Positions 1 through 13,117 of a stretch of DNA of 64,000 bases are shown in pieces (position 1 is the first letter of the stretch; every line of letters begins with the position of its first letter). The notes under the pieces are model-generated. The model had not been told where the DNA came from, made no database searches, and saw only the letters and a program-made list of their open reading frames with translations. The translations under genes were made by a program, and so were the position numbers. Origin of the DNA: Camelus ferus (Eukaryota); the NCBI RefSeq assembly GCF_009834535.1, contig NC_045696.1:40798001-40862000 (forward strand), given 5' to 3'.

Positions 1-1087
1 ATTTTCCCCAAACTCTTTATGTTGAGATCCTCAGGGCTTTAGTCTTCTTCTCCTCTCTTATACACTCACTTCCTAGGAAACACCATCCACCTCCTAGGTT
101 CAAATACCATCAATCACCAACACCCTATTTTATATCTCTAGCCCACACCTCTCTTCCAGTATCCACCCTTGTATTTCCAGAAGCCTTCCTCAGGTCACCA
201 TTCAGATGTCTAATAGATATCTGAAACTCAACGTTTCCAAAACTGAACTCCTGATATCCATTCCTCCCCCTTATTTACTCTACACACCCCACCCCCCCTT
301 AAAAACAAAAACAAAAAACCTGTTCCACCCACAGACTTCTTAATCTCAGGTGAAAATAACTCTGTCCTTCTGGTGCTCAAGCCAAAAGCCCAGGAGTCAT
401 TCTTGACTCCTTTCACTCTCTCACACCTCGTATCCGTCCATCCTACTGGCCCTACCTTCAGAATATATCCAAAGTATATTCACCTCTGCCCCCTCTGCTG
501 CTACTACCCAGCTCCACACCACATTCACCTCTCAGGTGGGGTTCTGAAATAGCCTCCTATCAGGTCTCCCTGTTATATCTATAGCTCAATATAGCAGCCA
601 GAGTGAACGTTTTGAAGCATAAGTCATACGTTACTCCTTTGCTCAAAAATTTCTGCAATGGCTTCTCTTTCCACTCAGTGAAAAAGCCTAAGTCCTTACA
701 AGCCCTTACATGATCCTCTTAACCTCCTCCCTTCATTCTCTTCCCCCATCCCCACTCTGACCACACTGTACTTCTTGTTCCCCAAACAAGTCAGGCATTC
801 TCTTATGCCTGTCCCCAATTTTTGGTTGGCATTATCACCGAATAAGGCCTACACTGCCCATCCTATTTCACTGCAACCTGTCGCCTCACCTCACCCTGCA
901 CTCCTAACTTTTGTTACCTCGCTGTATTTCCATTGTTTTCCACAGTATTCATCACCTTGTAACATGCTATATAAATGAACAGTTTATTATATGTATTGTT
1001 TATTGTCTGTCTCTCACTGTAATATCCCAAGCACCTGTAACAATGCCTGGCACACTGTAGTTGCTCAATTAATGGTTATGGAATGAA
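1..1087 (+). mobile_element. L2 LINE 3' portion
   Basis: Pyrimidine-rich L2 motifs (ccaaaactgaactcctgat, ggagtcattcttgactcc, tagcctcctatcaggtctccc) ending in gcctggcaca...gctcaat...gaatgaa. Confidence 0.8.
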
Positions 1088-3487
1088 CATATGAATCTTT
1101 GCTTCCTCCACAGTGTATAGCACAGTAATTTTACATGGTAGATGCTCAGAAAATGTTTGCTGAAATGTTAAATTAATGGAAGAAAGATAAAGTGCTAAAT
1201 TATATGGCTTTATGCTCCAGGAAGTTTTGGTGTTTTGTGTCCCTTTCCTATTTCCCAATTGACCCCGGATGAACGCATGTTGGCATCAGTAATATTCTGA
1301 ATACAACTGTGTCTCTAATCATTTTTGTGAGTGTAAGTCAGACACAGATTATAAGGAAATTACTGAGCTGTACCTGGGTTGTAAGTGATATCTATATAAG
1401 GTCACTGGGAGAAGTTTTATATATGTGTTCTTTATTAGAGATCAAAACTGAGAATTTTGAGAATTCTCAAATTGTAATTCTCTACAGTTGCTGCCCTTTC
1501 TTGCCTTCCTCCACTCACTCTGCTGCCCCCATCAAAGTAAAAGTTAGTGTTGCTTTTTTTTTTCCTAAAAGCATTAAAAATTTATTCTCTAGAAATCAGA
1601 AGTCTGAAATCAGGGTGTCAGCAGAGTTGGCTCCTTCTTGAAGGCTCAGAGTGCTTACAATTTTAAAGAAGAAAATCCAAAAGATAAAAACCTTAAAGTG
1701 CTTGGGTTCCCATCTGTCTGTCCTTTAAAATCCTAAAGGCAAGTAAGTGTTACCAGCTGCTAACCATTCCTTTCAGGCAAAGGCTTTCTCATAAAAATCC
1801 AACCAAACTACTCAGGGAAACCACAGGGCCTTCAGCTCACCAGGTCACACATATCACACGTGCTAGACAATGGATCCACGGAGAGCTCTCTACCGTAACC
1901 TAGGAATTCGGCACCAAGTACCACAGGAGAGGAACAGCCTCACGAAGCGCATTGTGCCTCCAGGACTAATAAACAAGACAATGGTCTCGGAGGCCTTGTT
2001 AAGCTAAATCTTGGACAAAGAATCATTGAAAAAGGGTCATTAAACCACTTTTGTCCCTAGTGTGTGAGTGTTCTCTGCCTGCTGATTTTGTCATTTATAT
2101 GAACATATAACTTTGGGTAAGGAGAATTCTCTTTTAGCTCCCAAGAAAATGCACAGTCAGTCCCATGCCCCGGATTCCAGATTTTCTCGCGTTGTGGGCC
2201 AGCAGCAAAGGCTCCCTCTTCAGATGAGGAAGCACAGTCAGGGCTTCCCACTGCGCCTGGCCTGCTGGCCGTCACACCCACGCTCTCCTTTCGTGATGCC
2301 CCAGCCCACCTCTTTCTCAGGGTGCAGCGGCTCCCCTCCTCGCTGTTGCAGAGACTCTTCTCTGACCAGGGACCACGCTCTTCAGCCTTGGTTGTCTTCT
2401 ATACTGGGCCACACTTACCGTGACCTTCATTTTCAGCCTGCCCTGGGTACCAGCTCCCGTCTCCCATGCTCATCCTCTTCAAGGTCCTTAGGGTGAGGCC
2501 ATATTTGCATGGAACGAGAGAATCAGTTGCCTCAGGAAGTTGTAAAGGACTGCTTTTGTATTTCTAGCACTGAACATAGCACCTAACACATGGGAGGCAC
2601 TAAATAAAATTTAGGCTTTCATATTGTGGATGCAGGCCTTTATTAGTTTGGAGATAGGTAGTATATTAATCATGAACAGCTACATCGGACAGTTACATTT
2701 GCATCATATGTGCTGTTAGTAAAATCTGCATCAAGTCTGCCTGGAGAAGTTCCAGGGCCTTGGTACTTCACCATAAAGGTAGAAGCATTGATGGTAGCCC
2801 GTGCCTGGGCAGCCACATACAACAGCATCCATGAAAAAGTTTATCTCCCATGGCAACCAGGCTGCGTATTGCCAAGGTGAAAATCACCTTTCTTCTAGAT
2901 TAGCAAACCATTCCATCTTTTTGTCCATAACAAATGGTTCACCATTTCTTGACCAAGCATTTTATGACAGAGTACTGTGCTAAATCCTTGGGGTAAAAAG
3001 ACAACACGGGGCCTGGATCCCAAGGAGCTAGTCTCATGTCTTTCACGTGTCTAGTACGTACATGCACCTAGACATGTTCAGTGGCCCCAGTTTTATTCTA
3101 TGGATTTGCTTTGAAACAATGTGAATTTGATGCTTACCACAACCCCTAGGCAAAGCAGCTTTCCCAGAACTGCTGGGAAATAATTGTAAAGCCAAATTTT
3201 ACATATTGAGAATACAAATGATAAATTTTTTTAAGGCAAAGTGTGGTGACCCTTCCAAAAACATTAAAAGTAAATTATTTAGTCCTTTTAATAATTCTAT
3301 GTAGACCAGGATTTTCCAACACTGATTTTTAGAAATAATTTCTCGGGATTCTATTTGATATAAAGAAACTTTCAGTTCCCATCAATATTTTTCTGTACTA
3401 CTTTTGCATTTAAAAAATCCTGTCCATGTTTATTAACAGTCCAGCTTATTTTCCTCTCACCTTACTGCTTCCTCTTCTCCTCTACAG

Positions 3488-3589
3488 GGTGATGTTTATA
3501 TGTTCTACAAACTGTACGGCTTCTATCAGAACCTCTATCAATATGTTCTATCCAGGAGTAATAGCCAACTGATGGGTATAGATATAAAG
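3488..3589 (+). CDS. TMEM30C: TMEM30C (CDC50C, P4-ATPase beta-subunit family) internal coding exon, GDVYMFYKLYGFYQNLYQYVLSRSNSQLMGIDIK
   Basis: Polypyrimidine tract + ctacag acceptor, AAG|gtaagg donor, 102 nt, phase 0/0. Matches the CDC50 motif V(Y/F)MYY-L-xFYQNxxxYxxSR. Confidence 0.93.
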
Positions 3590-4851
3590 GTAAGGCTTTA
3601 TTTAACTTGTTATAACACTCTTTATTTTTTTTTTTAAACCTGATGAAGCTTTCAGTCTAAAAGAGAATATGGAAAATAAACTCAAAAGCTAAGGTTTTAC
3701 AAGACAGAAATGCTCATTTTATTCTTGCGTGAACTGCAGGGGCCGGGTATTCAGGATAACTGCTCCTGAGAAGCAGCCCTTTCCCTCTTCAGAGCAGGAA
3801 TGCGAATCTTGTCCAATTAAGTGGTTATGCTTTCATGCACCAACCATTTTTTTATTTGACAGCATTTTATATTAAAACCAGATATGTAGTGGGTTGCCCA
3901 AGTCTTGGTAATAGTGAATGTGTCAGAAGGGCAAATCTTCATGTACATTTCAATCATAATTCAGGATATACGCTTCTGTGAATAAAGTTGATGGCATGTT
4001 GGAGCTGCTTCAAAGAGTAGAGTTTTTGCTTTTAAATGACTGACACATCAATTAGATTTCAGTATTGCTTCTTCACACTTAATTTCTGTAGTTATCTTGA
4101 AAGTTGCCCATTTTACCTAATGGATGCATCTGCCATTTTGATAGTGGCTGGTCTCAGTCTGGCTCACTCTATATCCACCATCATCCTCCCTATAATGGGC
4201 CTTCAATCAATATAGTTTAAGGAAATTGGACTTTACTTGATTGAATAAAAGCCTTTGGTTTAATTGAATATTCTTTCAGACTACAAAAAAAATCCTTTCA
4301 GATTACAAAATTTTACTCTTTCTTGGTAGATGGTATTCAGCATACTGGCAAGAAAAGCTAGAAGGAAACCTTTTCTATAGCGATATTATATAAAAGTGCT
4401 TTTTAGCAGCTACTCTTTTAAAAATGTATTCTGGTAGTTAGGTGGATGGATTCCCTGTGATAAGTCATCTATCTGTAGACTCACAATTTTATACTTTTTG
4501 GAATATAAATTACACTTCAATAAGAAAAAGCCTTTGAAAATGTAATCTGGTGGGGGCTTAAGTGTGGCATTTAGCACAGCCAACAAAGTTCCTTCCTGCA
4601 GACATAGTTGGTATGCTGTGTACAGCTAATGAGGAAAAAAAACTACACACACATGCATGTACACATACACATTATCTTCAAAACATGAAAATTTTCTAGT
4701 CTAAGTGAGCCAGTAGCCTGGGAACAACAGTCCATAATCCTGGTCTGTGCCAATAAATCAGTGTGGGTTAATTTACATTTGCCAGTGTTTTCGTTTTCAG
4801 CATTTTAAGAATTTACTGAAAGCGCTTATTCCTGTATCATTTCACATCCAG

Positions 4852-4939
4852 GATGTTAGTAACTGTGCTCCTTTCAAAAACTCCCACAACGGGATCCCCA
4901 TCGCTCCTTGTGGTGCTATTGCCAACAGCATATTCAATG
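4852..4939 (+). CDS. TMEM30C: TMEM30C coding exon, DVSNCAPFKNSHNGIPIAPCGAIANSIFN
   Basis: atccag acceptor, G|gtaggt donor, 88 nt. Contains the CDC50 signature PCGAIANSxFND. Confidence 0.95.
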
Positions 4940-5324
4940 GTAGGTGACTTTTCTTATCTCCATTATGTTCCCTTTTGTAAGTGTGTAACAATCTAAATGT
5001 CCAGAAGATCACTTCTGCAGCTGAGTGGCCGGGCATCTCTAAGAAATGTTTGTATACATTATCCACTGATTTATGGTATTTCATTTGCAAATGGGTTCCC
5101 CCTTATCAGAGATTTGAATAGTTAAATGAAGCCGAAGAGTATTTTTCAGTTAACTGGGGCATTGGAAGGAAAAAGAAGAGTCTTTGGAGTCCAGCATCTA
5201 TGACATGTCGGCATGTTGAGAAGCTGCTAATACTCTGGTTTATTTTTCAGCTGTGTCTGGTTGTGCAATTCCAAATGTGGCAAAAATACTTGTATCTCTA
5301 ATACAGTTTTTAATTTCCTTATAG

Positions 5325-5465
5325 ACACCATTGTTCTTTCATACAACCTTAATTCATCCATGAGTATCAAAGTCCCAATGCTAAGGAGTGGAATTTCATG
5401 GTGGACAGACAAGTATGTCAAGTTTTGGAATCCAGGTTCCCAAAATCTTTCTAGTGCATTTGCAG
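5325..5465 (+). CDS. TMEM30C: TMEM30C coding exon, (D)TIVLSYNLNSSMSIKVPMLRSGISWWTDKYVKFWNPGSQNLSSAFA(G)
   Basis: ttccttatag acceptor, CAG|gtaaga donor, 141 nt, phase 1/1. Contains the GIxWWTDKxVKFxNP CDC50 motif. Confidence 0.95.
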
Positions 5466-5711
5466 GTAAGATCCATAGATTAGCTCAACATTCTTCTCTC
5501 TTTATGGAAACTTTGGTTTTGATATGTGGGGAGGTGTTTATGATGCCTGCTTCTTTACTTCTTTGTTGACCTCCTTTTGCTTTTTCCCCTACCTGTGGGC
5601 ATCTCCATCGCATACCTATCAGAAACATGAGGTGATTGGTACCCTGGTTCCCTCCAGTTTACCGTTGGGAAAAAGACAGTGTTTTAAGAAATTTGCTGCT
5701 TAATCTATAAT

Positions 5712-8451
5712 TAGAGTGATCATGTAATTTACTGTCCAAACTAGTATGCTTTTGAGAGTGAAAGGGACACTAGAATAACTAAAGTTATATATTTATTTGA
5801 AAGTTTTATTTATTGACCAGTAAACTGACATTACCATATTGATGGACCTATAAAAGAATTCTACTATGAACTATTTTAAAAATGCAATTCTTTAAAAAAT
5901 TAAAATAATAAATTTGTGTACATTAAATCAAGTTTTAAAAATTTATATATTATCTAAACATTGAAGGATAATGTAAACAAAATAATTATTCTGGATACAG
6001 AATCACATACTTTAATCAGTTTCTTGGCCATATCTGTCTTCACTACATGCCCCTGTATTTTTCTAATGAATTTTTTAAACAATATTTTATTAAAATATTA
6101 TTTTTAATTTTTTCACAAAATTGTCTGCAATCATTTTTGAAGTTGCATTTTATGGTTAATCAGTTTGAAATTGTTGCACCTTAATTGATTCTTCTCTTTT
6201 GACTCTGTTTTTTTTTTTAATTGAGAAAATATGTATACTTGATGAGGTACCTATTATGTTTACAATTTTACTAAATAGAGGATATTCTCATTTTTAATTC
6301 TTCTGTATTGAAATATGCTAGTATTGTAACCCAAGTATTTTTGTAGGCCCTGTCACTTTTCGACTTCACATTTTTTCTATGTTTTTTTGAATATTTTACT
6401 AACTTTAAATGCTACAAAACCTTAGACCTTCTTGATATCCTTTAATTCTGATAGAGAAGAAAATTTTATCCAATCAAAACAGGAAAACTCCACCAAAATA
6501 GTTTTCACAAAATTGAGGTATTCCAAAGCACAATTACAGAATTTAAAAATTAAGTTGTATACCTTTTGAACTTTCATTATGCAACATGGTCAGTTGTTCT
6601 CTTGCTTTTATAGGGGTAAATTTCAGTATCTTCTTGTTTGCAAACTTGGTTTTCAATAATTACAATTAACTAAATCTTCAAAAATTATGTTTTATGGCAT
6701 TCCGTATTTAGAATACTTCGTCTAAAACTTTTCAACTATTTTGAACAAAATTTCACCAGAAGTTAGAGGGCTGATTTATCAAAATAAGTTTGAGGATTAT
6801 CGTGAGACATGTCATTTGACATAGAAAACAGCTCTTTGAAGGCTCAAACACTTGTGAAATTCTGGTTGATGATGTATAACAAAAATAGGCCACGTGTACT
6901 TCCTTGCCAAAGCATTTCTTTAACATCTTTGTCACTGTAAAAATTTTGCAGTTTATTTTCTGTGTGGATATATAAAAATATTTAAATTTCCACAACTCTT
7001 CTTTTGATAACAAAATATTGTAACTTGCTTGGATACAGTTAATTATATATGTAAAACAACCAATTTAAAACTCATTTCTCCATAAATTTCCAGTTTACTA
7101 AGAACATTATCTTTACTCTGATGTTTTCCTCCACCAAATTTGCATTTATGTTATCACTACAAAACCAAAAAATTTACACTTGATTGCTTAATTTTTTAAC
7201 TGAATTTATGGTAATATTTATAATAATGTCAGAGGTTTTATCTTCCAAGATTGAATATTGAGAATCTTTGCTTTGATTCCATGAAGAAGCAAATTTAAAA
7301 AATCAAACCAATATATTCAGATGGATGGATACATCTGAAGACATAGATATAAAAATGGCCTCATTTAACTGTTTACAAAGTTCGTTTTGTGCTCATAGAG
7401 CCAACACATTAAAGCTTTCCTTTGATTACAAAAATAATTAATAAAAAAGTGAAAGTAAAGGGAAACTCATTTGACCTAAATAAAAAGCCATGCTCTAGAC
7501 CAGAAACTGACACATTGTAAACTGACTATACTTCAATAAAAATATATATATTCAAAAAAAATTCATGCTCACATAATGATATATAAATAGACTTTCACTA
7601 GCTATATGAGGTAAAGCATTGTCTTTGAATACATTCTTTTGAAAATACATACAAATTTTTGGAGTAGATTCTGATGTTCTTCAGCAGATTTATATCTTTT
7701 GATTTTCCCGTGGTCATTGACATCATGATAGTTCCCATAGTGGGGGGTAAATGTCAACCAACATTGCAGTTATCACATCATCAACTTTCTTTGAAAAAGA
7801 ATTCTTAATTTCACATTAAACATGTATGTTCCATTTTTTAGCTCTTCACAGCTAAAGGGATTTACTAGCAAATAAAAAAAAAAAAACAATACCAAACAAT
7901 AAAATAGTTGTAAATTTACAGCATATAATAAATAACACTGTTGCAAGAGAGTTCAAAGTACTCTCAGCAAGACTGTTCAGCATCTATTTTTCACACGGCG
8001 TCATGCATGTATAACATAATCTGTGCTACCCCACATTTCCCACTGACCCCACTGACTTGCACCCTGGCAGCTTCACACATCTCACAGGCCAAAACAGAGG
8101 CTATGGCCTAACTGGCTGGAAGGTCACACAGCGGCAGGGGTCACAGGGATCTGTTATGTTTTGCTGTGAAGGGCCTCTTGTTATCTTTCATTAGTGACAT
8201 GTTAAAGTAAGCTCTCTATTCATTGCACACGGGTCTCTGTCACGACTATGAAGATGATGGCTGGCAGCTGGAAGGATCAAATTGTATGTATATTATTTGT
8301 TTGGAATAAATGCTAAATTAGATGAGATAATGGACAACAGACGTAAATAAACCTTTTGATAACAAAATATTGTAGCTTGCTTGGATACAGTTAATTATGT
8401 ATGTAAAACAACCAGACTGTCTTAGGCAAACTGGCATGTATGGTCACTGTA
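5712..8451 (-). mobile_element. Near full-length hAT-Blackjack DNA transposon fossil with decayed transposase
   Basis: Ends TAGAGTGATCAT... and ...GTATGGTCACTGTA resemble MER81/Blackjack termini. Perfect 8-bp TSD TCTATAAT at 5704-5711 and 8452-8459. The AT-rich interior has broken transposase-like peptides on the minus strand. Confidence 0.8.
7496..7561 (+). mobile_element. Severely 5'-truncated young L1 3' end inserted in Blackjack
   Basis: ccagaaactgacacattgtaaactgactatacttcaataaa plus A-rich tail, flanked by repeated catgctc. Confidence 0.7.
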
Positions 8452-10401
8452 TCTATAATTAAATTCCCAGTTTTTGAAAGGAAATTGGCAACCTTCTATT
8501 GTTTTGTCTTACCATAACCACAGGCCTGTAACACAAAGCATCCTTGGCATTCTCTTATCTCCTGCACTTTGTTCTTAACTTGTGTTATAAGAGTTACCAT
8601 GTTATACCATAATTATCTGTTTGAATACCTGTCATCCCCACTTCAGTATGTGAATTCCTTGAGAAAAGGGATTGGATCGTGTGTAGTTTTGTATCCCTGG
8701 TGCTTGACACAAATGAGCAATCAAGAAGTGCTTATTGTTGAGTGAATGGATGAACACAAATGACCCAGCTGAACTCAGAAAATGAAAGAAGTTGGTACTT
8801 CCTACACCATGCCTCTCATATCCTCTGAAGAAATAGGTTGGGGTGAGATCAGAGGTTGGTAAAGAAAGGCGTGCTTGAACCTACGTTGTTTTTACTCCCT
8901 GGGTGATTCAGATATCAGTGGCCCATAGGACAGGTAGCCTTGGGGCATAAGCCCTGGCTAAAGTGGAGAGAGGGTAAGGTCCATATGCAGGTACCAAAGG
9001 TAATTTTGATTTTGATCAAAATCCTTCTGGCAACAGCAATTAAAGTCTTAGGAAGGGCCAACATAAGTGAGCTGCACAATTTTTTCAGAGGAAGTTTCTC
9101 CAGCAAAGGATTATTTCCAGAGGAAGAATAAGTATAGAAACATACTTCAGCAGATTAATCCAACAAAATTTGGCACATGCTTTTATAAGCACTGCAACCC
9201 ATGCTTAGAAAACAGGACTGGGTCTCTTTTAGAAGAAAATTGTCAGTGGTCAGAGTTGAGAAAGAATGGTTTCCTACAAATAGTAGAACCAGTTTTATGG
9301 AAGTAAAAATTTCACTGAACTCTTGCTGACTTTCTTTAAAATTCAGAATGCTTTCTACTGTCAACTTCTGTCTGCTCTCATTGGACTCGCTCATCCCTTT
9401 ACAAGCATTTATTGAACCACGTACCACATGCCAGGCTCTGGACTAAATGCCAGTGAAAAAAAGTTGAGGGAGATATTGTACTCAAGAGACAGCCATAGAG
9501 TGGGAAAGACAGACATGCCCACGCAGTAAAGTGGGGGGTCAACTCAACAGACTGAGCTCCTGACACTGGTCTTCCACCCTGTGCTGCCAACATTCCTCGG
9601 CACAGCACCCAAACCTACCCAGCTTCCTGCCTTTGGAACAGGCTTGCAACACGTTTGCTGTCCACCTTCTCCCTTTTACCAATTCCTCTTCCTTGCTTCC
9701 GACTTTGAGCTCTTAGGCACAGGGCTGCAGGGAATCTCTGTGTAACATGATCTTCCTGCACTTCCATGATTATTTCCTTAGAATACAGTCCTAGAAGTAG
9801 ACATTCCAGGCCCAAATGTATGCAAAATACCTTAAACCTTTTGCTGCATCTTCCTAGATTGCCAAAGATATGGTTAATCTACACACACATCTGCTCTGTG
9901 CAAGAGTTCCCATTTCTATTGCCTCATTGATGGTTCTAATTCTTGTCTATAAATGTTAAATCATTTTTAGGTGAAACAGTATCTTGTTTTAATTTGCTGT
10001 TTTCAGATTACTAGTGAAGTTAAAGAAAATAAAGACATTCCCCATGATGCTATCACGGAATACCACCACTGTTATCATTTTGCTCTACCTATTTTTTCAA
10101 TGCTTTATTATGCATTTAATATAGTTGAACACATCATACACATATAATATGATATTCTGCTTTTTTAAACCCTATAGCAATATCATCAGCATTTCTCCCC
10201 ACATTTCTCTAGAGTCTCTGTAACTATTATTTGTAATGGTTGTATACTCCAGCAGCTTAAACACATACACTTTTTTTAAAAGTAGAATTTCGACTTCTCT
10301 TTCCTCAAGAATGTGAAAGTTGTTTCATTCTCTACACTTTAAGGAAAACTGAAGAGAGCAGATGATTTTTCTCAACCACATCCATTGTTAACTCTCCACA
10401 G

Positions 10402-10611
10402 GAACTGCAAAGCCCCCATCCTGGCCCAAGCCCGTCTATGAACTGGATGAAGAGGATCCAGAAAACAATGGCTTCATCAATGAAGACTTCATCGTGTGGA
10501 TGCGGACGGCCGCCTTTCCCACTTTCAAAAAGCTTTACCGCCGACTCAGTCGAATACAACATTTTACTGAAGGCTTGCCGGCTGGTAGCTATAGTTTCGG
10601 CATCACCTACA
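10402..10611 (+). CDS. TMEM30C: TMEM30C coding exon, (G)[69 protein letters not shown](N)
   Basis: ctctccacag acceptor, 210 nt, ends at a U12-type donor A|gtatccttt. Contains the family hallmark [25 protein letters not shown]. Confidence 0.96.
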
Positions 10612-13117
10612 GTATCCTTTTAAGTATCATAGCCAAGGGAGCCCTGGATCCAGCGGGCAGGTTCCATTCATTTAGCCCCCCAGAGCCGTGGTACGAGCTC
10701 TGCCCTGAGAGTGCTGGGTCCTCCCTCTGTTCCTCCCTGTATTAGGTATGGAGCCGGCTAGCAGGAGCCAGGGCCTTGGGTGTGGACACACGGGCCATGT
10801 CAGGAGACGTGCTTTATTATGAGATTCTGAATGTTTTCACTGAATTTAAAAATACAAACGTAATTCTTGACTTAAGAACAAAAAGGATTTCAAAATGACA
10901 CTAAACATTATCTTTTAAAAATGATATACTTAAACACAATTTATACTAACTCTGGTCTTCAGACTTAAAGTCCCTTCCCGATTCTCCCTGAGGCAGAATC
11001 TCTCCAGGGCTTGCACACAGCTTTGAGACGTCAGCCCAATTAGGCATTAGCACCTTCTCAGAGCTACTGGCCAGGAGTCATTTGTGGGACCCCCAGCAGG
11101 CCAGCGGATCTGAACACCAAACTCTCTACCTCCTTTGTCTCTCAGGGAGCTTGGTTGAGAGATTCTTGGGATCAGTGAATGATGGTATGTGTTCCAGTTC
11201 CCTGCTCCATCTTTTCTTCTTTTCTATCTTGGAGCAGAACGCAGACATCTCCACTCTGACAGGGGAATGGGGACAATCCTCGAGCAGAGATACTCCCACT
11301 GATGTGACACCATCTCTACCTCTCAACTTGTTGCCACCTTATGTTTACTGACCAGGAGTATGGATTCCTTCAGCCATTCCTCTAGCATGGTCTCTAACTC
11401 TGTTCTATGAAAAGGAAAGCCAGAAATTGCTCTGTCTTACGCAGCATTATATGTGCAGATCAGAAAGTAAGCCGTAGAATACTACCTTTTAAATAGGATT
11501 TCAGCAACCCCTTCTCCCTCCACCCCTCAGAATTTGAGATTGGAAGTTGCTTGACTGTAATCTCTCGAGTTGGACCTTCTGTTCCCAACAAGTTTGTCTG
11601 TGATTGCCCTACCAGTAAAGCAGTTATGGTTGCAATCAAGATACAGGAAAAATAACACATCGTGTACTGCTGCCCTCACAATGCATTACAGTGAGTTTGA
11701 GGTTGAGGGGAAAAGGAAGGGAGTCCACATTCCAAACATGGGAGACACTATTTGTCCTCTTAAAACACGCCCTCCCTGGGCGTCTTCACTCACAGTCATA
11801 TTTTAATTCTGATGATTCTCAAAGCTAAATCTTTGTGCAGAATCTCAATCCTGAGCTTTGGTCCTATGCCTGCGTTGAACCCTGGTGTGAGTGTTACCCA
11901 TCCTGCCTCACAGCCTGGCTAATATGCAAGGAGTCCTAAGCCTGAGCTGCAGAAAATGCCTACCACTTCTACGGGGGCAAAGACCCTCTTAACGAAACTG
12001 ACAAGAGAAGACAACAGCCAGGTGGCTGAGTTGAGATAGCACCCAAGGACCTGGTGACAATGAGGAATTTTTTATTTTGAAATATAGTCAATTTACAGTG
12101 TTGTGTTAGTGTCAGGAGTACAACAAAGTGATTCAGTTATACATATATAACAATTCTTTTTCATATTCTTGTCCGTTATAGGTCATTATAAGATACTGAA
12201 TGTAGTTCTCTGAGCTATATAGTAGGTCCTTGTTGTTTATTTTATATATAGTGGTGTGTATCTGTTAATCCCAAACTCCAAATTTATCCCTCCTGCCCCT
12301 ACAATGAAGAATTTTGATGTAAAAGAAAGAGACTGAGTTTCCTAACAAGTTTCCTTGTGCCTTTAAATAGCATGATGCCAAATGATTTGAGGCCTTTTAA
12401 GAGCTTTGCTGGGAAATGCCGTTGCTATGAGAAGACTTTATTTGTTTATTAGTTTGGTTTACAAAAGGCACCAGATGTTTAAAAACCTCAAGCCACATGC
12501 ATAATCAGAATGACATCATTAAAATGCTAATGATAGCAAACCCACTTCAAACACTTTCTCCCCAGCAGTGAGGGATGCTGGCCTTTTCAAAACCCAAATG
12601 AATGCACCACCTTTAGTTTTCCTACTAAAAATGTTTTGCCATCTATCTCCTTTTTTTTTTCCTCTTCACTCCTTTTGAAGAATTTTCCCTGAAGTAGAAA
12701 TTCAAACCTTAGCCTATGAAAGACTTTAGCCTACCCTCAGTATCCTGATCCATAAACAAAAATTTAGATTTACTGTAAAATCTATCTGTATTCTTTTCTT
12801 TTCCTTGAGTTTGCCGAAGAAAATTAAATATATTTGTTCATTACTGAGTTGTTTCTAAGTTGTTCAGATCTATTTGTGTCAGAATTTCTTTTGTAGATTA
12901 TAACTATGTAAGAGGGAAGGCGTGTCTTTATTTAATTTCCTTCCAGCAAGTACAACATACTGCTTGGTAAAGATCAGACTGTATGAAATTGAATATTTGA
13001 CCATTTTTTACCTACAAAAACAGGAATATTATATGGTTCAACCTAATGTATTTAGGATATGTTGAGGTAGTGCTGAGACGTGCTGAGACAGATCCTTAAC
13101 AGGTTTTCTTTTCTTAG
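10612..13117 (+). other. TMEM30C: U12-type (minor spliceosome) GT-AG intron of TMEM30C
   Basis: 5' splice site GTATCCTTT at 10612. Branch site TCCTTAAC at 13093-13100, ending 17 nt before the 3' end of the intron. Confidence 0.93.
12072..12300 (-). mobile_element. L1 3' end fragment within the U12 intron
   Basis: L1 3'UTR motifs. TSD ACAATGA(G/A)GAATTTT at 12057 and 12301. Confidence 0.8.
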
